Assembly (NCBI GenBank): GCA_001780275.1
Contig: MFGB01000007.1
Span: 2,280 to 66,279 of the forward strand
Direction of reading: 5' to 3'
DNA: 64,000 nt
Origin: Candidatus Falkowbacteria bacterium RIFOXYA2_FULL_47_19
GTDB lineage: Bacteria > Patescibacteriota > Patescibacteriia > Patescibacteriales > UBA12075
Positions within the stretch are counted from its first letter, which is position 1. Every line of letters begins with the position of its first letter. Position numbers and translations under genes: made by a program. This document shows, in pieces, positions 46,087 to 53,325 of this stretch. Under the pieces are notes generated by a model, which saw only the letters and a list, made by a program, of their open reading frames with translations, was not told the origin of the DNA and ran no database searches.

Positions 46087-47112
46087 TTAAGGCTTTTCGA
46101 TAAAGCCAAGACTCTTCAGGAAGGGCCCGATCTTTACGAAAGCATAACCTACGGAGAAGGGCGGGGGTGGGAACATAAAAGAAGCTAAACCGATGATCTT
46201 GCCTTCACCCCGTTCATTTACGCGAAAAAGCATGGAGCCGCTCGAGCCTTCCGCTATGACCATATCCGTTAAAGCAAAATTCTTTGTGTCGAAATCCAGC
46301 TTTTCAAGAACTAAGTTATCGAGATGGGCATTGGCGGACACGCCTTTGTAAAGCTGCTCGATTATCATGCGGGGAGCGCCCCAGATATATATGGTTTCAC
46401 CGTACATAAGGTCATGGTCGGTATCATGATCGGCCAAAGTCACGAAATCCAACTGGCCGTCAAGGTGCTTTAAGCGCACGCCGGCGCTGTCGTTCTTGGG
46501 ATCGTTCCGGTAATTATCCGGGGTTATATAAAATTCATGGCTTGCCGCCAATTCCTGACTGGAGGAGAAAAAATCATCAAAATCCTGTTCGCTGACGCAG
46601 TCCAGGAAAAAGGGCTGTCCGTTGTTGATCACGCGAATATCCGGATAACGGTACGCTTTTTCTTTTTTGAATTTGTTGGCCGCCTTGGATATGGCGTTGA
46701 CGATGGAGCAATCGCGGACTATGAAATATCTGGACTTTTTATACTGCCAGCTCACTTCTGCCGTCATGGGCCCCATAGGCGTTTGTTGTCCGATATGAAG
46801 CGTTTTTGACGTTTCGCAGTCCAGCACGTGATGGGCGGTAAAAAGCCAATGTTCCCGGTTATAGATATAACCGCTGCCCGAGTCCACTAACATAACACCC
46901 TTCTTTTCCCCGCCCAGGTCCTCTTCGGTTTCATAATAATTAAAAACCAAGATTTTTACGCTGGCCTTCAGAAATCTTTCGGCCACATTATGGACGATTT
47001 GCGCTTCATTTAAAGAAGGGGTGTCTGTTTCTCCACAAGAAGCGCAACTGAATATGAAAAAACAACTGAATAATAACATTATCACGCCGCTAAAAAAACA
47101 CCTGGTTTTCAT
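46087..47112 (-). CDS. secreted trypsin-like serine protease (putative lipoprotein)
   Basis: Catalytic His context TAHHVLD and Ser context AEGSSGSMLF. Signal/lipobox-like N-terminus. ATG at 47112 with a GGAGAGGAG RBS. Confidence 0.6.
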   Translation of the reverse strand: MKTRCFFSGVIMLLFSCFFIFSCASCGETDTPSLNEAQIVHNVAERFLKASVKILVFNYYETEEDLGGEKKGVMLVDSGSGYIYNREHWLFTAHHVLDCETSKTLHIGQQTPMGPMTAEVSWQYKKSRYFIVRDCSIVNAISKAANKFKKEKAYRYPDIRVINNGQPFFLDCVSEQDFDDFFSSSQELAASHEFYITPDNYRNDPKNDSAGVRLKHLDGQLDFVTLADHDTDHDLMYGETIYIWGAPRMIIEQLYKGVSANAHLDNLVLEKLDFDTKNFALTDMVIAEGSSGSMLFRVNERGEGKIIGLASFMFPPPPFSVGYAFVKIGPFLKSLGFIEKP

Positions 47113-47257
47113 TGGGAACTCCTCTCCGGCAATTGTCAAAGAACCTGCCGCTTCACACCTTGATAAGCAAAAAATTTTGTTTTAAAAACGAGTATCCTGA
47201 AGCTATATTCATTATTGCATAATACTAAAATTATGACAACCGCTCGCTGTCCAAAAA

Positions 47258-47294
47258 GTCAAAAACAAAACACCCGCCGATGGCGGGTGTTTTT
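47258..47294. terminator. terminator downstream of the PSP1/RicT-like gene
   Basis: CACCCGCC-gat-GGCGGGTG flanked by A-rich and T-rich runs. Confidence 0.75.
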
Positions 47295-47311
47295 CGTGAT
47301 TATATATCAAT

Positions 47312-48214
47312 TTATTTATCCTTCTTGTTTTTCTTCTTATCCCTGTTCAAATCGACCTCGATCACGGTGGCGGCGCCGTTCTCTCCGGCGAACTCCACGT
47401 CGACCGATTGCTTTAAAGTGTGGTGGCCGACGATCACTCCTCTTTTACCGTCAACGTTGACTTTGGTGCCGATCGGCGGCATGCTGCCATGGAGATGTTC
47501 ATAACCGGCCTGTTCGTAGGCTAGACAACACATAAGCCTGCCGCAAATCCCCGATATCCGGTCCGAGCCGCGGTGGGAGCACTGCTGCAATTCAGCCATC
47601 TCGCTCGTGATCGAAACCAAATTATTAAGATGGCCGCGGCAGCAAAGTTCCTGGCCGCAATGCCCGAAATCGCCGGTTACCCGGGCCTCGTCGCGGATAC
47701 CGATCTGCTGGAGCCTTATCGTCCGGCCGAAATGCCTGGTCAATTCTTTGACCAATTCCCGGAAATCGACCCGGCCATCGGCGATAAAGGCGAAAGTGAT
47801 GCGCGATCCATCGAAAGCGAAATGCACATCGATGAATTTCATGGGGAGATTCTGCTTGTCTTTAAGTTCTTTGGCGTAATCCAGGGCTTTCTTCTTTTCG
47901 GCTAAATTAGGAACTTTTTCCAGATCCCGGTCGGTGGCTACCCGCAAAACCGGTTTTATTTCCTTGTTTCCGTTTACTTCCGCGGTCCCCTCCGGATTAC
48001 CGGGAATCTCGGCATTATCGGCGGCTATGCCCGTGACGGATTTTTCCGCCTCTTCTCCATTCGCCTCTCCCTCGGCAAAACCCACCACCTCGCCGATTTC
48101 TATTCCCATGTCGGTTCTTACCACCACCTTATCGCCTTCCGACAGGGTTAGGTCGTTAGCGGAAAAATTATAAACCTTATCCCAGGGAGTAAATTGAATT
48201 TGTGCTAATTTCAT
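47312..48214 (-). CDS. PSP1 domain protein (RicT/YaaT-like)
   Basis: N-terminal MKLAQIQFTPWDKVYNF...GDKVVVRTDMGIEIGEVV and a Cys cluster (CGQELCCRGH...CGRLMCCLAYE) typical of PSP1/RicT. It carries an acidic insertion after residue 45. Confidence 0.75.
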   Translation of the reverse strand: MKLAQIQFTPWDKVYNFSANDLTLSEGDKVVVRTDMGIEIGEVVGFAEGEANGEEAEKSVTGIAADNAEIPGNPEGTAEVNGNKEIKPVLRVATDRDLEKVPNLAEKKKALDYAKELKDKQNLPMKFIDVHFAFDGSRITFAFIADGRVDFRELVKELTRHFGRTIRLQQIGIRDEARVTGDFGHCGQELCCRGHLNNLVSITSEMAELQQCSHRGSDRISGICGRLMCCLAYEQAGYEHLHGSMPPIGTKVNVDGKRGVIVGHHTLKQSVDVEFAGENGAATVIEVDLNRDKKKNKKDK

Positions 48215-48223
48215 ATATCAAAA

Positions 48224-48244
48224 AAACATGAAACATGAAACACG
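48224..48244. repeat. heptamer tract (AAACATG x3) plus adjacent hairpin
   Basis: AAACATG AAACATG AAACACG, then the stem GAAACA/TGTTTC. Confidence 0.85.
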
Positions 48245-48282
48245 ACATGTTTCGTGCAGCGCGTTGTTGCGTGTTATGTATT

Positions 48283-49089
48283 TTATAAACTATACCTGAC
48301 AAATCCCGCAATTTTAACATCGCCCAAAACCTCTTCTACCCTCTTTTTGTCGTCCTTGATGTACTCTTGTTTGACCAAACAGACATCCTCGTAATATTTA
48401 TTGATCTTGCCCGTGAGGATCTTTTCTATGATATTCGCCGGTTTACCTTCTTTAGCGAGCTGTTCACGGTAAATTTCCATCTCCTTATCGACCTCCGCCG
48501 CCGGTACGTCCTCCGGCCGGAGATATTTAGGATTCGCGGCCGCGATCTGCATGGCCATATCGTAAGCCAGGTCGCCTTTTCCCGCCTCTTCCAACGACAC
48601 TAAAACGCCGATCCGTCCGCCCAGATGGCTATAAGCGGCGACAGTGCCGGCCGAAGACAGGACCGAGAACCGCTTTATGCCCATTTTCTCCCCGACGGTA
48701 CCGGACAAGCCGTCCAGCACCTCTTTGACCGTTCCGCCCGAAAGCGGCAAATTTTCCAGTTCCTCCAGGCTTTGCGGTTTCTTTTCTTTAATGACCCCTA
48801 AAATATCATCGGATAATTTAAGGAATTTTTCGTTAAGGGCCACGAAATCGGTTTCCGCGTTGACCTCGAGGATATAGCCTTCGTTGCCGGCTTCGTTCAC
48901 GCTTAATTTGATCACGCCTTCGGAGGCTTCGCGTCCGCTTCGTTTTGCCGCTTTGGCTATACCCTTCTTGCGGAGTATATCCACGGCCTTATTTAAATCA
49001 TCTCCGGCTTCAGAGAGGGCGTTCTTGCAATCGACCATTCCGGCGCCGGTTTGCTCGCGAAGTTGTTTGATTATTTCTAAGCTGCTCAT
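48283..49089 (-). CDS. tsf: elongation factor Ts
   Basis: UBA-like N-terminus LREQTGAGMVDCKNALSEAGDDLNKAVDILRKKG and a dimerisation core. Downstream of rpsB. Confidence 0.95.
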   Translation of the reverse strand: MSSLEIIKQLREQTGAGMVDCKNALSEAGDDLNKAVDILRKKGIAKAAKRSGREASEGVIKLSVNEAGNEGYILEVNAETDFVALNEKFLKLSDDILGVIKEKKPQSLEELENLPLSGGTVKEVLDGLSGTVGEKMGIKRFSVLSSAGTVAAYSHLGGRIGVLVSLEEAGKGDLAYDMAMQIAAANPKYLRPEDVPAAEVDKEMEIYREQLAKEGKPANIIEKILTGKINKYYEDVCLVKQEYIKDDKKRVEEVLGDVKIAGFVRYSL

Positions 49090-49169
49090 ATTTTAAATTT
49101 TAGGTATTAGGTATTGGCCGTCAGGGCCGGCAAAACCGGCGCTAAAACCTAACAGCTATAAGCTTATAA

Positions 49170-49868
49170 TTATTTTTTATTCGCCATCGCTTTCCCCTCC
49201 TCGATCGCCTCTTTAATAAGGCCCAGGGTCAGCTTGATGGTCTTCGTGGCATCGTCATTGGCCGGGATCACGTAATTTATGCCGGTAGGGTTAACGTTGG
49301 TGTCGCAGATGGCGATCAAGGGTATATTTTTCTTCCTGGCTTCGGTAACCGCGGTTTTCTCGTGTTTTATATCCCAGACGAAGATCGCATCAGGCAAACG
49401 GGAAAGTTTCGTGAGACCTCCGACCCGGAGTTCGAGCCTCTTTATCTCCCGGTCGAATTCCAGCCGTTCTTTTTTCGTGTACTTATCGAGCTTGCCCGTA
49501 TTCTTATCGTCTAAAAGATCCTTGTATTTTTTGATAAGTTTTTTGATGATCAGAAAATTTGTCAGACAGCCGCCCATCCATTTCTCCGAAATATAGGGCA
49601 TGCCGACTTCTTCGGACATGTCTTTCAGGGGCTTTTTAACCTGCATCTTCGTACCGACGAAGAGGATCATCTTACCCTCGGCCGCGAATTTTTTCATGAA
49701 CTCGAGCGCGGTTTCGAGCATCTTCCGGGATTTAACCAGGTCAATAATGTGCACGCCGCCATGAGCGCCGAAAATAAAAGGCTCCATTTTAGGGTGCCAT
49801 TTGCTGGTGCGATGCCCGAAATGCATGCCGGCTTTGAGCATCTGTTCGATGGTCGGTAATTTTGTCAT
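49170..49868 (-). CDS. rpsB: 30S ribosomal protein S2
   Basis: LKAGMHFGHRTSKWHPKM and the conserved C-terminal VIPANDDA. Confidence 0.95.
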   Translation of the reverse strand: MTKLPTIEQMLKAGMHFGHRTSKWHPKMEPFIFGAHGGVHIIDLVKSRKMLETALEFMKKFAAEGKMILFVGTKMQVKKPLKDMSEEVGMPYISEKWMGGCLTNFLIIKKLIKKYKDLLDDKNTGKLDKYTKKERLEFDREIKRLELRVGGLTKLSRLPDAIFVWDIKHEKTAVTEARKKNIPLIAICDTNVNPTGINYVIPANDDATKTIKLTLGLIKEAIEEGKAMANKK

Positions 49869-50111
49869 AGATTTCCTTTTTGCCTCTACCCCCGTAATAT
49901 AATGCGAATTTTAAAATAAGCATTACAAGGAAAGTTTTATCGGGGATATGAGTGATTTATTTAATAAATAATAGCCTTTTGGCAGGCTACAATAGATAAA
50001 TATTATAACATTTCAAAATAATTGTCAACACTTGACTAATAATGATATTTATGCTTAAATTAAATAATATAATTAAATTCGGTCGTTAACAATTAAATCA
50101 AGGAGAAGAAG

Positions 50112-50462
50112 ATGAAAAAACGAATAGTTATTGCTGTTGTGGCAATTTTGCTACTTATGGTTAGTTTTAACTTGGCAATGACCGAAGATATTACCCTAAT
50201 AACAGAATCCGACGGCACGATTACGCTAGACGGCCATTCTTATGTTCCAATCAATTTATGGAATAAAAGGCCGGCGGATAACGTTAAATTGATCCTTACG
50301 GCGCTTTATACCTTTGAAAAAAAGCATCCGGAATTTAAGATCATCCATTGGCACATCGAAAAACAACAAGTCGCGATAAACGCGATGAATGAAATATACG
50401 GCCTCTGGGTTGATCATGAACTGCGGGAACCCGACCTTAAAAAAGAGAAGGAGAATAAATAA
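50112..50462 (+). CDS. hypothetical secreted or membrane-anchored protein
   Basis: AAGGAG RBS and an N-terminal hydrophobic signal (IVIAVVAILLLMVSFNLAM). Confidence 0.5.
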   Translation: MKKRIVIAVVAILLLMVSFNLAMTEDITLITESDGTITLDGHSYVPINLWNKRPADNVKLILTALYTFEKKHPEFKIIHWHIEKQQVAINAMNEIYGLWVDHELREPDLKKEKENK

Positions 50463-50914
50463 TGCTTGACCCCAAAAGAATAACTATCTATGACTATGTC
50501 ATAGAAGATCATTCCCTGAAAAGTTTCCAAGCTTACAAGCTTAGGGCCTGCCCGGTCTGCGGCGGCAAACATCTGGATAGCGTTGACGTTTGTCCGGAAA
50601 AAAACCAGCCGATAACCGCGGCCGCGGCCAAGCGCCTGGCTCAAGAAAAATATCTGGCTGAAAAAATTCCGGATATGAAATATATGATGCGTTCTCTCGC
50701 GTCCGGCGCTATAGCGGCCTTAATTTCTATATTAACGGTGTTCTTCAGTTATGATAAATTTCAAAGCCTTGATCCGGATAAAGGATTTACTATCACGGCG
50801 CTGGCGTTTGTATTGCCACTGATGCTAAGTTATGTTATTGGCGGTTATCTGGAAATAAAACGGAAAAACCGCATCCTGGCGGAATTTAAAAAGCAATATG
50901 AGCCAAGGGAGTAA
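50462..50914 (+). CDS. hypothetical zinc-ribbon protein with two TM helices
   Basis: Its ATG overlaps the upstream stop by 1 nt. Contains CPVCGGKHLDSVDVCPE, then two TM helices and the tail LEIKRKNRILAEFKKQYE. Confidence 0.5.
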   Translation: MLDPKRITIYDYVIEDHSLKSFQAYKLRACPVCGGKHLDSVDVCPEKNQPITAAAAKRLAQEKYLAEKIPDMKYMMRSLASGAIAALISILTVFFSYDKFQSLDPDKGFTITALAFVLPLMLSYVIGGYLEIKRKNRILAEFKKQYEPRE

Positions 50915-50920
50915 AACGTT

Positions 50921-51181
50921 ATGAGAAAAGAAAACGCCTGGCGCGAATTTCTGGATAAGCATTATCCGTATAGAAAAATGATGCTATTCTGGGTTTTTAT
51001 AATGCTACTCAGCGTCTCATCGTCCTTATGGCTGGCCCGGACACTTGAAAAATGGGTCTGGCTTAATAACGGACTTTCTCCCCTTATCTCTCTCATCCCC
51101 TTTGCCGCGCTCTTTCTTCTGGGTATTACCCTGGAGATAAGGGTAGAAAACCGCCTTCAGAAAGAATTTGACGAGCAATAA
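50921..51181 (+). CDS. hypothetical two-TM protein, C-terminally paralogous to the preceding gene
   Basis: Two TM helices and the tail LEIRVENRLQKEFDEQ. Confidence 0.45.
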   Translation: MRKENAWREFLDKHYPYRKMMLFWVFIMLLSVSSSLWLARTLEKWVWLNNGLSPLISLIPFAALFLLGITLEIRVENRLQKEFDEQ

Positions 51182-51209
51182 AAAATTCTCACAGAAAAAG
51201 GAGGAAACC

Positions 51210-51440
51210 GTGAAATTTTATGAAGCAGAAAAAATGACCGAAGCGTGCGTAAGCGCCGCCGACCAAGCGTGGCAACATCGCTTCGGTGGCGCCTACACAG
51301 ACGGCGCCAAAGAGGCGATCGGACGCTTGGCCGCGATTATGCTTCAGGCCTGCCTGGATGGAAAAATCGATAATCCAACAGAGCCGCCCAAATCGAACAA
51401 AACCTGGGACCAAAAGACTCCAGGCTCCGGCATGCCCTAA
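51210..51440 (+). CDS. hypothetical soluble protein
   Basis: GTG start 6 nt after the AAGGAGG RBS. 76 aa. Confidence 0.4.
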   Translation: MKFYEAEKMTEACVSAADQAWQHRFGGAYTDGAKEAIGRLAAIMLQACLDGKIDNPTEPPKSNKTWDQKTPGSGMP

Positions 51441-51448
51441 GCCAAAAA

Positions 51449-51478
51449 ACTCTCGCGAAAACGCGGGAGTCTTTTTTA
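51449..51478 (+). terminator. terminator of the plus-strand four-gene island
   Basis: ACTCTCGCG-aaaa-CGCGGGAGT followed by CTTTTTT. Confidence 0.8.
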
Positions 51479-51501
51479 TTTTTCATCTCCCTCTCCCCCA
51501 A

Positions 51502-51525
51502 CCCCTCCCCAAGCTTGGGGAGGGG
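51502..51525. repeat. family-B palindrome, copy 2
   Basis: CCCCTCCCCAAGCTTGGGGAGGGG is a perfect 24-nt palindrome. It is followed by a G10 run at 51545-51554. Confidence 0.9.
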
Positions 51526-51605
51526 GCCTGAACGAAGTGAAGGCGGGGGGGGGGAATTTTAAGCCCGCTCAAGCAGACTACATCTTACATTCAACATTTG
51601 TAATT

Positions 51606-51633
51606 CGCAAATCGTCAATCGTCAATCCCGATA
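51606..51633. repeat. heptamer tract (CGNCAAT-like, 4 units) spanning the mnmA stop codon
   Basis: CGCAAAT CGTCAAT CGTCAAT CCCGATA. On the gene strand it reads GATTGACGATTGACGATTTGCGAATT. Confidence 0.9.
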
Positions 51634-52838
51634 ATTCCTCCCCCGAGTACTTCATCCCCCTTATAAAACACGACCGACTGCCCCGGCGTTACCGCTCGCT
51701 GAGGTTCGCTCAATTTAACTTCATGGATTTTCCCGCTTCCCGTTTTCCCGCTTCTTACTTCGCACTTTACCGCCTTATGCCGATATCTTATTACCGCTTC
51801 GCATTTTAAGGGCATAGCCGGCTCTTGACCTAAAGTCCAATTCACTTCTCCGGCGATAAAATTATCGCGGTAAAGCGCCGAATCGTCGGCGTCTTTCACG
51901 ACATATAAAGTGTTAGTTTTGTAGTCCGTTCCGGAAACATAAAAAGGGCCTGTCCCGCCGATTTCTACTCCCTTGCGCTGACCGATCGTATAAAGCGGCA
52001 GACCCTGGTGCTTGCCAATCTCACGGCCAAGCAGTCCTCCCCCCTTTCGGAGGGGGGAGACAGAGGGGGGTTCACTGGCCAGCACAATCGGCCCCGGCTC
52101 CATCTTCAGATATTTTTTCAGATACTCGTTGTGTTCTAGTATTTTTCCTTCGCCGTTTAAAAAACAAACGTCCTGGCTCTCGCCAGTTAAATGCGGCAAT
52201 CCGGCCCGAGCCGCGATCTCCCGGATCTCGTCTTTGGCATAATCTCCCAGAGGAAATAATACCCGCTTAAGCCGGGCCTGTGTCAAACTATACAAAAAAT
52301 AACTCTGATCCTTATTTTTATCCTTTCCCCGGCATAATCGATGTTTATTTCCACTTCGGTCATTCGGCAATCGCAAATCGGCAATCGACAATCCCACGTA
52401 ATGTCCCGTCGCCAGATAATCCGCCCCGAGCTCGTCCGCTATGCGCAAAAGTTCGCCGAACTTAATGAGCCGGTTGCACCGGACACAGGGGTTGGGCGTT
52501 ATCCCCTCTTTATAACTTTTCAAAAAATAATCGATTACCTCCTGCCGAAATCTGGCGGCCAGATTGACCGGATAGAATTTTATGCCGAGCTTTTGGCATA
52601 CCTGCCGCGCCGCCGCTTCGCTTTTGTCATTAGGAAACCCCAGGCGCATGAATATGCCGGTTACGTCATAACCCTCATTCTGCAATAAAAAAGCCGCCAC
52701 AGACGAGTCTACTCCGCCCGACATAGCGACAACAACACGAGATTTTTTTCTAGCACCGCCGGCTTGCCCCGCAGAATCCCGAAGGGATTTGTGCGGGGAC
52801 ATGGCCACTACGACTTTCTTTTTTATTTTTTCAAACAT
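51615..52838 (-). CDS. mnmA: tRNA 2-thiouridine(34) synthase MnmA, with several in-frame insertions
   Basis: PP-loop VVVAMSGGVDSSVAA, catalytic Cys context PNPCVRCN, KDQSYFL, TIGQRKG. See the findings for the insertions. Confidence 0.9.
   Translation of the reverse strand: MFEKIKKKVVVAMSPHKSLRDSAGQAGGARKKSRVVVAMSGGVDSSVAAFLLQNEGYDVTGIFMRLGFPNDKSEAAARQVCQKLGIKFYPVNLAARFRQEVIDYFLKSYKEGITPNPCVRCNRLIKFGELLRIADELGADYLATGHYVGLSIADLRLPNDRSGNKHRLCRGKDKNKDQSYFLYSLTQARLKRVLFPLGDYAKDEIREIAARAGLPHLTGESQDVCFLNGEGKILEHNEYLKKYLKMEPGPIVLASEPPSVSPLRKGGGLLGREIGKHQGLPLYTIGQRKGVEIGGTGPFYVSGTDYKTNTLYVVKDADDSALYRDNFIAGEVNWTLGQEPAMPLKCEAVIRYRHKAVKCEVRSGKTGSGKIHEVKLSEPQRAVTPGQSVVFYKGDEVLGGGIIGIDD
52036..52058. repeat. 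family-B-like palindrome, copy 3, inside the mnmA coding sequence
   Basis: CTCCCCCCT-ttcgg-AGGGGGGAG, encoding part of EPPSVSPLRKGGG. Confidence 0.85.
52365..52392. repeat. heptamer tract (CGNCAAT x4) inside the mnmA coding sequence
   Basis: CGGCAAT CGCAAAT CGGCAAT CGACAAT. On the gene strand it reads GATTGTCGATTGCCGATTTGCGATTG. Confidence 0.9.
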
Positions 52839-52864
52839 ACTAAATTTTGAATAATCTTTTTAAT

Positions 52865-52942
52865 TACACATCTCGCCCGCCGTAGCGTAAGCGGAGGAGG
52901 GACATGGCGACGACCACTTTTTTATTTTTTAAATTTTTCATT
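52865..52942 (-). pseudogene. orphan copy of the mnmA 5' end fused to repeat-derived sequence
   Basis: Own translation: MKNLKNKKVVVAMSLLRLRYGGRDV*. The first 14 codons mimic the MnmA N-terminus (KKVVVAMS). Confidence 0.45.
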
Positions 52943-53007
52943 CTACTAAAATACACACCGATTTTGTCGGTGGAATTATTAGTTAACGGACTTCGTCCTT
53001 TTTACTG

Positions 53008-53052
53008 GAACATTGATTTGTCATCCCCGAATCCGCCCGGGGCGGATATCGG
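53008..53052 (+). repeat. family-C palindromic element, copy 1
   Basis: TTGTCATCCCCGAATCCGCCCGGGGCGGATATCGGGGATCCAGGG. Confidence 0.85.
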
Positions 53053-53103
53053 GGATCCAGGGTTAATCCGTACCGACAACTATAAACATAAAACGTAGTT
53101 AAT

Positions 53104-53133
53104 TTTGCTTACTCCTGGATTCCCGCCTACGCG
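53104..53133 (-). repeat. family-C palindromic element, copy 2 (inverted orientation)
   Basis: The reverse complement reads TTGTCATTCCCGCGTAGGCGGGAATCCAGG, with the same termini as copy 1. Confidence 0.85.
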
Positions 53134-53271
53134 GGAATGACAAAGATGATGATTATATATAAAAATTTACGTTATATTCCAGGGTTTACTAGTACTAAAA
53201 CGATCGCGCCTGACTTCGTTCGTAGATACGTAACTGTGGGCGATCGGCTTCGCCGGTGGATTTTTCATTCT

Positions 53272-53299
53272 ATTAAAACAAAAAGCGCCGGCAGCGCTT
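53272..53299 (-). terminator. terminator of the CAP-domain gene
   Basis: AAGCGC-cggca-GCGCTT. The minus strand continues with TTTGTTTTAA. Confidence 0.6.
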
Positions 53300-53325
53300 T
53301 CGTGCTAAATACTAAATGCTTCATA

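Noticed and set aside
51502-51525. Restriction sites inside the palindromes (AAGCTT; CGTCTC/GAGACG) as signs of cloning scars or synthetic DNA.
   Set aside because: The copies have diverged, compensated stems and different natural flanks, including one in-frame copy inside mnmA. This is consistent with native dispersed repeats rather than vector sequence.
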